Virus record (IMG/VR): IMGVR_UViG_3300025769_000090 | Coordinates: 11,240 to 75,239 of that record | Direction: 5' to 3' (one strand) | DNA length: 64,000 nucleotides | Source of the DNA: a virus | Notes under the pieces: model-generated | What the model saw: only the letters and a program-made list of their open reading frames with translations | Databases searched by the model: none | What the model was told of the DNA's origin: nothing | Shown: positions 18,232-26,242 of the stretch, piece after piece | Numbering within the stretch: the stretch's first letter is position 1 | Layout of the letters: each line of letters begins with the position of its first letter | Made by a program: the position numbers and the translations under genes

Positions 18232-21200
18232 ATGAAAATAGCTCTTTTACCAGGTGGATTTAAACCACCTCACTTAGGACATTATAATATGGCAAAATAT
18301 CTTGCAGATTTTGCTGATAAAGTTATAGTAAGAATTGGTCAAAAAGAAAGAGAAGGTATAGGAGCACCACTAGCTCTTGAAATTTGGAATCTTTATAAAG
18401 AATCTGATCCTGACCCTAGAGCTAAAAAACTTATAATAAGCGTTGCACAATCACCATCCCCCATAAAAGATGTATATGATTTTGTAGAAACTACTGCACC
18501 TGAAGGATCTACAGTTATCCTTGGTTTAGGTGAAAAAGATGCTACTGATGGACGTTATAATAGTATCCCTAAATTTGCAGAACCACGCAACATTAAGGCA
18601 GAAATAGAATTAGTACCACCTCAAGCTGGTGGTATTTCAGGTACTCGCATGCGTGAGATAGTTAAATCTAATAGTAAGATTGAATTTTTTAAATATATCC
18701 CAGAGTTCTTACCTGAAGAAATTAAAGAAGAAATTTGGACTAAACTTTTAGATACTACCCTACCTACTGAAGTAGATGAAATAATGGGTGGTACTATGAA
18801 TAGAGAAGAAATGGCTAAACATAATAAAAATATGCAAAAACTTCGCCAATTCCTTTCTAAACAAGGGGATCAAATGACCCAAATCCCTACTAAATTAACA
18901 AAAGGGTTAAGAAGAAAGTTATATGAAAAACTCGGAATCCAAAGAGGAACAATCGAAAGTGAAGTACAATTCTTATCTAGGGAAATACTTGAACTTTTTA
19001 AAGACAATATCGGAAAACCCTACGAAACCGGGGGTATAGAAGGGTATATTGAAGGGGGTGAAGTTGTATTAGAATATGAAATCGACCTTAAATTTATACC
19101 ATCCGACAGTATACCAGGATTTAGTTTTGATGCTTCTGCAGATGACGAAAACATCGAAATTGAAATAACCTATAACCCTAATTCATTCCCTGATGAATTT
19201 AATAGTCTTAATGCAGAATTAAAAGAAACTTTACGCCATGAAATTGAACATATAACTCAATTTGGGTTTGAACTTAAAGGTGGTTTTGAAGAATACAAAG
19301 GTTCTATCCCATTTCACAAGTATCTTCAATTATCACATGAAATTCCAGCGTTTGTTAGAGGGTTATACAAACGCGCTAAAGTTAAAAAAATGTCACTTAA
19401 AGATACTTTTAATGAATTTTTTGATGACTATATAGATAGCTTTAATAACCCCCAAGAAATAGAACAAGTTAGGACTGCGTGGTCTAATTGGGCACGTGAA
19501 AATTTACCCGATGCCCAATTAGACGAAAACTATCCACCGTATAAAGCAAATCAAGTTCAACAAACTAGATATAGGGCAAGTGATACATTTACAAATGATC
19601 CTAAAAAGGCTAAAAAATTAGGATATTTAGAAGATGATGCAGTAGATGAAGGAGATACCTATGAAAAAATGGCTGCTAAAGGTAAAAAAGCGGGCAACTT
19701 AAAACAGGGTACTGTCAGAAAACGTTTAAAAATTCCTAAAGGTGAAAAAATACCTCTTTCTTTAATTAATAAAGAATTATCTCGCCTTAAAAAAATGGAA
19801 AAGAGAAGTGCTAAAAATCAAAAATATTATAAAGCATTAACGTTAGCTAAAACCTTAAAAACTACAACCCATAAAGAAAATATAGATCCTAAAGCTCAAA
19901 AGAAGCATAAGGGTAAATCTGCTCCCTATGGTTCAGCTTATGAACCTGTAAAAGAAGGAGACCCTAAAATAGGTACAGGTAAAAAGCCTAAAGGATCAGG
20001 GCGTCGTTTATATACCGATGAAAATCCTAAAGATACTGTAAAAGTTAAATTTAGCACTAGGCAAGATATAGTTGATACTTTATCTAAAAAATCATTTAAG
20101 GCTAAATCTCACGCACGTCAATCACAAATTATTAACTTAATTCACCAACGTGTAAGAGCAGCATATAGTAGAGCTAAAGACCCAGCTGTTAAAAAACGCT
20201 TAAAATCTGGGTTAGATTATATTACTAAGCGTAAGGATGCATCAAAAAGAAAAACACAAAGGATGAGAAAAGAAGGATTATTTTCTAAAGAATGGTGGTT
20301 AGATGTAATCACTGAAGAAATATTAAGCGAAGGAGGTGCAGCTGGACACATGGCTCACCCATTTGATTTACCAAACGTTAAAACAGGTAAAGATTTAATT
20401 AAATCGTTTGAACAAGCTGCCGATAGTTTGAAAAAAACACCCGGTAGCGTCAAGATAGATGGCGTAAATGCGTCAATTAGATTGGTAAATTTCGACGGTA
20501 AACGTGAGTTCGCCATGGATCGCGGCTCAAAAAAGGCACTTGATTTACGTGGCGTTACTAAAGCTGACTTAGAAGATAGATTTGGTGCTGGTCACGGTAT
20601 GATTAAATCTGGTGGTGACGTATTAGACATATTTAATGCAGCTTTACCTTCAATCCAAGAAGAATTAAATGCATTAGGATTAATTGATGATCCTAATATT
20701 ATGTTTAATATGGAATACGTTAGTGGTAAATCTAATGTTCAAGACTATGGTAAAAATTTCTTAGCAATCCATGGCCTTTTAAAAGTAGAAACTAAAGAAG
20801 TACAAGGTGCTCGTAAAATGTTAACTAAAAGAATAACATCTGAAAAACTATTTGCACAAAGTGATATGGACGAGTTACTTAAAAAGTTAGAGCCATTTGC
20901 TAAAAAGAAAGGATTCGAAATATACGGTTCAGTACCTACAACATTTACTAAAGACCCTGATTTTAAATCTGCACTAAATACTAGATACACTATTGATACA
21001 GCTGAAGGTGATCAAACTAAAACATTAGCTCAATGGTTAAATGGTGTTACTAATATCCCCAAAACAGATCGCCTAAAAATAAACATTGAAGAAACCGACT
21101 CTATTAAAGACGTAGGTGCCCTAAGTAAACAAGTATACTTTGCTGTATTTGGTGGTGAAAATGTAGATTCACTATTTAGTGATGAACAAGAAGTTAATAA

Positions 21201-21396
21201 AGCTATCCAAGGAGCTACTACATATCTCGCAACTGAAAAATTAGGTGACGCAATATTAGATGTACTTGATTCGCCTATGGGTTCAGTTAATGATCATGAG
21301 GGTGTAGTTATTAGAGACGAGAAAATTTCCCCACGTCCATTTAAAATTACAGGTAAATTTATAACCGGAGGTGTATCCTCAGATTTCCAGAAATAA
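18232..21396 (+). CDS. Multi-module protein: HxGH nucleotidyltransferase + HEXXH zincin + basic modules + ligase-like KxDG domain
   Basis: PGGFKPPHLGH and ISGTRMR (cytidyltransferase-like); LRHEIEH at 19231-19251; C-terminal KIDG...E...EGVVIR...FKITG. Preceded by TATGTAT at 18207-18213. Confidence 0.8.
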   Translation: MKIALLPGGFKPPHLGHYNMAKYLADFADKVIVRIGQKEREGIGAPLALEIWNLYKESDPDPRAKKLIISVAQSPSPIKDVYDFVETTAPEGSTVILGLGEKDATDGRYNSIPKFAEPRNIKAEIELVPPQAGGISGTRMREIVKSNSKIEFFKYIPEFLPEEIKEEIWTKLLDTTLPTEVDEIMGGTMNREEMAKHNKNMQKLRQFLSKQGDQMTQIPTKLTKGLRRKLYEKLGIQRGTIESEVQFLSREILELFKDNIGKPYETGGIEGYIEGGEVVLEYEIDLKFIPSDSIPGFSFDASADDENIEIEITYNPNSFPDEFNSLNAELKETLRHEIEHITQFGFELKGGFEEYKGSIPFHKYLQLSHEIPAFVRGLYKRAKVKKMSLKDTFNEFFDDYIDSFNNPQEIEQVRTAWSNWARENLPDAQLDENYPPYKANQVQQTRYRASDTFTNDPKKAKKLGYLEDDAVDEGDTYEKMAAKGKKAGNLKQGTVRKRLKIPKGEKIPLSLINKELSRLKKMEKRSAKNQKYYKALTLAKTLKTTTHKENIDPKAQKKHKGKSAPYGSAYEPVKEGDPKIGTGKKPKGSGRRLYTDENPKDTVKVKFSTRQDIVDTLSKKSFKAKSHARQSQIINLIHQRVRAAYSRAKDPAVKKRLKSGLDYITKRKDASKRKTQRMRKEGLFSKEWWLDVITEEILSEGGAAGHMAHPFDLPNVKTGKDLIKSFEQAADSLKKTPGSVKIDGVNASIRLVNFDGKREFAMDRGSKKALDLRGVTKADLEDRFGAGHGMIKSGGDVLDIFNAALPSIQEELNALGLIDDPNIMFNMEYVSGKSNVQDYGKNFLAIHGLLKVETKEVQGARKMLTKRITSEKLFAQSDMDELLKKLEPFAKKKGFEIYGSVPTTFTKDPDFKSALNTRYTIDTAEGDQTKTLAQWLNGVTNIPKTDRLKINIEETDSIKDVGALSKQVYFAVFGGENVDSLFSDEQEVNKAIQGATTYLATEKLGDAILDVLDSPMGSVNDHEGVVIRDEKISPRPFKITGKFITGGVSSDFQK

Positions 21397-21731
21397 TGAA
21401 ATTAAAAGATATATTAAACGAAATTACAGGAACTAAAGTTAAGGTAAAAGATCTTACTTTTAATATGTTAAAAAAAGTTTTCTCCTCAAAATATCAAAAC
21501 CTAAGTAAAAGTGATACACGATCTATATATAAAGATCCTGTTTACTTACCCCAAGGTGATGGAAGTTCTAAAGGTATTATTGATGATGAGGCTTTAAAAG
21601 CTTATAAAGAATATATTATAAAAAGGGTGGGAAACGTTGAAATTACTTTAGATCCTACTAAAAATAAAGCCACTATAGAGGACCAAAATTTTAAAGATAG
21701 AGAATCTCGTATAGGAAAAGGTATTAATTAA
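21396..21731 (+). CDS. Hypothetical protein with MKLKDILNE N-terminal tag; putative internal head protein
   Basis: N-terminus nearly identical to that of 41389-41745. Confidence 0.7.
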   Translation: MKLKDILNEITGTKVKVKDLTFNMLKKVFSSKYQNLSKSDTRSIYKDPVYLPQGDGSSKGIIDDEALKAYKEYIIKRVGNVEITLDPTKNKATIEDQNFKDRESRIGKGIN

Positions 21732-21740
21732 ATAAAAGTT

Positions 21741-22334
21741 ATGTTAAATAAAGAATTTAAAAGAAAAGATGTAGAGCGTATGCGTAACCTTATTAAAGGT
21801 AACACAAATGAATCTGCAGAGTTACAAGTTGGTTATAAAACTAAAATAGAAGATCATAAAGAAGGTGATATTTGGGAAGAAGGTGGTAAAAAGTGGATTA
21901 TTAAAGATGGTATAAAACAAACCTATACTAAATTAGATAAAGTAAAAAAAGAAGCTATCTTACCACTATTTTGCCCCTGTTGTGGTACTTTAATGAAAAA
22001 ACGCAATGATGTTAAAATGTATAAAATACATAAAAAATGTTTTGATTGCGTAATTGATATGGAGGCTAAACTTAAGCTAGAAGGTAAATATGAAGAATAT
22101 GAACGTAATATAATAGCAGGTAATGCTGAAGCTTATTTAGATGATCTTGAACAATATTTATTAGAAGCAATTAATGAATCTAATACCCAATATGTTTCTG
22201 AAAGGGGTGAAGTTGAACGTTGGAAGGGGGGAATTGATAAAACCGAATTTCTTGGCCAAATAAAAACTAACTTTAAAGATTTTAGAAAACAAGTCGACGA
22301 TTATAAAAACAATAAAACAGATGATCAAACTTAA
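21741..22334 (+). CDS. Hypothetical zinc-finger protein
   Basis: CPCC...CFDC pairs. Confidence 0.75.
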   Translation: MLNKEFKRKDVERMRNLIKGNTNESAELQVGYKTKIEDHKEGDIWEEGGKKWIIKDGIKQTYTKLDKVKKEAILPLFCPCCGTLMKKRNDVKMYKIHKKCFDCVIDMEAKLKLEGKYEEYERNIIAGNAEAYLDDLEQYLLEAINESNTQYVSERGEVERWKGGIDKTEFLGQIKTNFKDFRKQVDDYKNNKTDDQT

Positions 22335-22935
22335 AGAACTTTTATTTGGCAAACCTGATTGCGATTGTGGTTGTGGTAATTGCGAAGATACTAAACTTAA
22401 CGAGGGTGTTAAAGTATCCGAAAATTTACAATATCACTTAAATAATAAAATCCCATTAGGTGAATCCGTATTTAGAATCAGTTCTAACGCTCATGTTAAA
22501 TTATTTGCAGAAACTAGAAAACTATGGGAAGCAAATAAAATAACCCTATCTGAAGCTGATGAATATTTCATGTCTACAGATGCAGGTCGTCAGGGGATGT
22601 ATGAAGGTAAATTAGTACCTCTTGATTTACCCTATATTATGGAAGCTACTAAAAAGAAAAAGAAAAACCCACCACTAAATAAACCAAAACGAGGGGGCCC
22701 TAAAGCATATTTTGTTTATGTTAGAAACCCTAAAACTAAAAAAATTAAAAAAGTTACTTTTGGTTCAGGTGGATTAAGAGCAAAATTAGGAAATAAAAAA
22801 GCCTCACAGGCATTTGCAGCAAGACATGATTGTAAAAATAAAAAAGACAGGACTAAAGCTAGTTACTGGAGTTGTAACCTTCCTAGATACCATAAGCAGT
22901 TGGGCCTTGCAACACCTGCCTCAACTTTCTGGTAA
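22321..22935 (+). CDS. Putative internal head protein with basic C-terminal module
   Basis: MIKLKELL start, CDCGCGNC, LNE and IME sites, Lys-rich ...KKVTFG...FAARHDC...YWSC module. Confidence 0.75.
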   Translation: MIKLKELLFGKPDCDCGCGNCEDTKLNEGVKVSENLQYHLNNKIPLGESVFRISSNAHVKLFAETRKLWEANKITLSEADEYFMSTDAGRQGMYEGKLVPLDLPYIMEATKKKKKNPPLNKPKRGGPKAYFVYVRNPKTKKIKKVTFGSGGLRAKLGNKKASQAFAARHDCKNKKDRTKASYWSCNLPRYHKQLGLATPASTFW

Positions 22936-23215
22936 GCCTTATACTGATATAATAGAGGCAGACGGCACAACAAGTCGTCTGTTTTCTGCTTCAACTAAGC
23001 CAGAAACTTTAAAGTGGCATATGGATGATGAAGATAGAATTATTACAGTTCTTGATAAAACTAATTGGCAATTTCAATTTGAAGATCAATTGCCGGTTCC
23101 TTTAAATAAGCCTATATTTATTAAGAGACATCAATGGCATCGTCTTATAAAAGGAGACGGTCCATTAATAATTAGTATCTATAAACATGCAAGAACGCAA
23201 ACTAACAAAACCTGA
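22826..23215 (+). CDS. Cupin-like small protein; start uncertain
   Basis: LKWHMDDEDR...WQFQFEDQLP...WHRLIKG His pattern; nearest usable in-frame ATG is 22826, inside the upstream gene. Confidence 0.6.
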   Translation: MIVKIKKTGLKLVTGVVTFLDTISSWALQHLPQLSGKPYTDIIEADGTTSRLFSASTKPETLKWHMDDEDRIITVLDKTNWQFQFEDQLPVPLNKPIFIKRHQWHRLIKGDGPLIISIYKHARTQTNKT

Positions 23216-23951
23216 GGCTAAAGCCAAAGAGCGTATAGTTAAAGATTTAAAGGGGGCTAAAGCTGACTTTAAAAAACGTTACGGTAAAGATGCTGAGGCC
23301 GTTATGTATGCTACTGCTACTAAACGTGCTAAAAAAGTAGCCGAAGATGGTTGTGGGTGTGGGTGTGGAGATAGTGAAATAAACCATACTATAAACGAAC
23401 TAATTGAAGATTTAGTATATGAAGAACTATGTAAGCGAGGTAAAGCTTATATAGCTGCTCGTAAAAGGGCGGGAGAAAAATCTTCTGCTTACTTATCTGG
23501 ACGTGCTGTAAAAGTATGTAAAGGACAAATGAAAGGAGCAGGTGGTAAAAGAAAAAAATCTTATAGAAAAAAAAGACGTAAAAACGAATCTTTATATAAT
23601 CAATTAAAACCACAAGTATTAAACCACTTAGAAGAATTATTTAATGATCCCTATTTTGCTATATTAGCAGAATACAATGTTTCTGAAGGTAGTATAGACG
23701 AAAGTTTAAAAAATTGGTTTAAAAAAGAAGATTGGGTTCGTATTGATACCCAAGGAAATATTGCTGGTAAGTGTGGTACAATGCCTAAAGGTAAAGCAAC
23801 ACAACGTTGTTTACCTCGTGCTAAAGCTAATTCACTTACTAAAGCCCAACGTAGAGCTACAGCTAGAAAAAAAGTTAGAGGTAGTAAAAAGGGTAAACAA
23901 TTTGTTAGAAACACTAAAAAAGCTAAAGTTAGCTTTAAAAAGAAAAAATAA
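23187..23951 (+). CDS. Highly basic multi-module protein; putative internal/DNA-binding
   Basis: Three Lys/Arg-rich modules separated by acidic linkers with VAE, VYE, VSE and IDE sites; GCGCGCG. Confidence 0.75.
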   Translation: MQERKLTKPEAKAKERIVKDLKGAKADFKKRYGKDAEAVMYATATKRAKKVAEDGCGCGCGDSEINHTINELIEDLVYEELCKRGKAYIAARKRAGEKSSAYLSGRAVKVCKGQMKGAGGKRKKSYRKKRRKNESLYNQLKPQVLNHLEELFNDPYFAILAEYNVSEGSIDESLKNWFKKEDWVRIDTQGNIAGKCGTMPKGKATQRCLPRAKANSLTKAQRRATARKKVRGSKKGKQFVRNTKKAKVSFKKKK

Positions 23952-23952
23952 T

Positions 23953-25296
23953 ATGAGCTTTTTAGACGAAAATATGGTAGTCACTGACGATCCTGCTAAG
24001 GCAGAAGCTTTAGCTAAAAAAGGGGTTATGGTTAAATTAGTAGATTCTGTTGATGAAAAACTTGATCCTGTAGGGAAAGAAGATGGTGATATAGATAATG
24101 ATGGTGATGTAGATAGTACTGATAAGTATTTAGCTAATAAAAGAAAAGCAGTAGCTAAAGCTATTATGAAATCTAAAAAAACTATTAAAAAAGAAACCCT
24201 TGAAGAAGGAATTTTGTCTAAATTATTAGGTGGTGCAGCTGTTCTTGCTGGACTTTTTGCACTAGGAAAAATCAATACTAGTGATTCTGAAATCCAAGCT
24301 CTACAAGCTAAATATGAACAAGCCCAAACAGAAGAGGAAAAAGATCAAATTAAAGATCAAATTACAGCTCGTTTGATTTTTTTAGATACTGGTAAAGAAC
24401 AAGTTAAAGAAGATGCTGTTGATACTATTGGGAAAGGATTAAAAAACCTAGATAACTTTTTAAGCAAAGCAGCTAGTGGCAGCGTAACCCTTACATCAAT
24501 AGTTAGAAGCATAGTTGATTCCTTTGACGACTTAGGAATTGAAAATATGAAAGATAGAGAGTTTGTAAAAGAGATTTTAGATAAAATAAAAGACGAAAAA
24601 AATCCAATAGTTCCTTTTGCAAAAGGTAGTGATGAGGAAAAAAAGTTTTTTGGTATTCTTGCTAAATCAAGTATGAATCAAAAGAATATAAAAATTATTG
24701 AAGATAAAATTAAGGAAATCCGCGATAAAAACTCAACTAATGAAGGTATGAAAAAAGATAAAGAAGAATTTAACTATAAAGCTCCTAAAGATAAAGATAA
24801 TGACGATATTAGGATAGATCCTGATACTGAATTTAAAATTGATTTGAAGCACCTTATCCAAAAACATATGAAAGAGGGTAAGTCTAAAGAAGATACAATT
24901 AAGTTTACTAAAGAATTAATGGCAAAACTTCACAATAAAGGTGAAGTTACAGTTGATGGTACTAAAATTGTATTTAAAGAAGCTAAAAAGAAAAAAAGTG
25001 GTTACATGGGCTATACTGAAATGGCCGAAGCTGATATTCCTATGGATAAGCCAATGGCACTACCAGAACCAGATGCACCTGATTACTTAGGTGATGATGG
25101 TATGGATTATGAAGGTGGAATGGCTAAAAGCCAAATGCTTAAAATGAAGAAATATGCTGTTGCTCTTTGTGATATGATTGAAGATGAATCACAATTAGAA
25201 TCATGGGTACAAGCTAAATTAACTAAAGCATCTGACTATATGTCCTCAGTTTTCCATTACTTAGATTATCAAAGATCTAAAATGAACGATGAATAA
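23953..25296 (+). CDS. Multi-module putative internal head protein
   Basis: ATG at 23953 (MSFLDE) preferred over TTG 23743. EF-hand-like DIDNDGDVDSTD, a hydrophobic helix after LEE, C-terminal EGGMAKSQM...WVQAKLTKA module. Confidence 0.75.
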   Translation: MSFLDENMVVTDDPAKAEALAKKGVMVKLVDSVDEKLDPVGKEDGDIDNDGDVDSTDKYLANKRKAVAKAIMKSKKTIKKETLEEGILSKLLGGAAVLAGLFALGKINTSDSEIQALQAKYEQAQTEEEKDQIKDQITARLIFLDTGKEQVKEDAVDTIGKGLKNLDNFLSKAASGSVTLTSIVRSIVDSFDDLGIENMKDREFVKEILDKIKDEKNPIVPFAKGSDEEKKFFGILAKSSMNQKNIKIIEDKIKEIRDKNSTNEGMKKDKEEFNYKAPKDKDNDDIRIDPDTEFKIDLKHLIQKHMKEGKSKEDTIKFTKELMAKLHNKGEVTVDGTKIVFKEAKKKKSGYMGYTEMAEADIPMDKPMALPEPDAPDYLGDDGMDYEGGMAKSQMLKMKKYAVALCDMIEDESQLESWVQAKLTKASDYMSSVFHYLDYQRSKMNDE

Positions 25297-25735
25297 TTTA
25301 ACCGAACAAAAACTAAGACGCAAAATACGTCAAATCCTTAAAGAGGAAAGAGAGTATCAATTACGTCAATTATCCCCTGGGGCACATGATGCTTTAGGCC
25401 CAGGTACCTTAGGTATCCCCCCATCTGCTGTAGTTGACGTTAAAATCATTAAAGCACCTAAACCAATTTTTAAGTGTTTTCTTGATAATGGTCAGGCATT
25501 TAACTTGATCGATAACGGAGAATACATGCAAGCTGACATTAATCGTATTTTATTTGATTTAGATAGAGACGATGATATTAATGGTGCAAAATATGAGCTT
25601 AAAAAGCTAATGCAACAAGGTAGCATTAAATCAGATGAGGAGGAAGAAGAAACTGATACCTCATCTGCTGAACCCGACTTCGCTACTGACGAACCCGCAG
25701 ATGAACCCGTAGACGAACCTGAAGGAGATGAATAA
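25289..25735 (+). CDS. Hypothetical protein with LTE / RQILKEE N-terminus and acidic tail
   Basis: Overlapping ORF chain. Confidence 0.72.
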   Translation: MNNLTEQKLRRKIRQILKEEREYQLRQLSPGAHDALGPGTLGIPPSAVVDVKIIKAPKPIFKCFLDNGQAFNLIDNGEYMQADINRILFDLDRDDDINGAKYELKKLMQQGSIKSDEEEEETDTSSAEPDFATDEPADEPVDEPEGDE

Positions 25736-26123
25736 TAATCCTGAATTCCAACAAGCCCTAACAGGTATCTATAAAGATGGTGTTAAAAAATTTAATATCC
25801 GTACTACTCCTAAAGTAGTACTACGTAAAGATGCTGAAAATGGAGCAATGACTTTAGGCCGTACTGCATATTATGATCCTAACGATTTAACTATTGTTCT
25901 TTATACATCAAATCGCCACCCTAAAGATATACTTAGATCATTTGCTCACGAATTAATTCACCATGTACAAAATGAACGTGGCGATTTAAATTTAGGAGAT
26001 TCTAGTGATCCCCAATATGCTCAAAATGATGACCATTTAAGAAAAATGGAAATGGAAGCATATCTAGAAGGTAATATGCTTATGAGAGATTTTGAAGACA
26101 ATTTTAAGTATCAACAAGAATAA
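25728..26123 (+). CDS. Small zincin-like metallopeptidase
   Basis: RSFAHELIHHVQ (HEXXH) plus downstream EMEAY. Confidence 0.75.
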   Translation: MNNNPEFQQALTGIYKDGVKKFNIRTTPKVVLRKDAENGAMTLGRTAYYDPNDLTIVLYTSNRHPKDILRSFAHELIHHVQNERGDLNLGDSSDPQYAQNDDHLRKMEMEAYLEGNMLMRDFEDNFKYQQE

Positions 26124-26175
26124 CATATGTAATAACGTATAGACTGATTCATAGCCAGTCGATTAAAAAAATTTA

Positions 26176-26217
26176 GAGAGCTGTGACCTCATATTTGGGG
26201 TTTCAGCTTCTTTTTTG
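26176..26217 (+). terminator. Intrinsic terminator-like hairpin with U-tract, overlapping the next promoter
   Basis: AGCTG-t-GACCTCA tatt TGGGGTT-t-CAGCT followed by TCTTTTTT. Confidence 0.6.
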
Positions 26218-26225
26218 TATATTTA
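26194..26225 (+). promoter_or_regulatory. Bacteroidota-type host sigma promoter for the oxidoreductase operon
   Basis: TTTG (26194-26197), 20-nt spacer, TATATTTA (26218-26225). Confidence 0.55.
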
Positions 26226-26242
26226 ATAGTTAAGATTAAGCA

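Noticed and set aside
23743-23952. Extended 5' ends given by the ORF track (also 1179, 27628, 30975, 36558)
   Set aside because: They overlap upstream genes or promoters; downstream ATGs at 23953, 1203, 27640, 31014 and 36510 fit coupling and motif evidence better.
26142-26160. tRNA-Met gene
   Set aside because: Only an anticodon-like hairpin; no acceptor, D or T arms.
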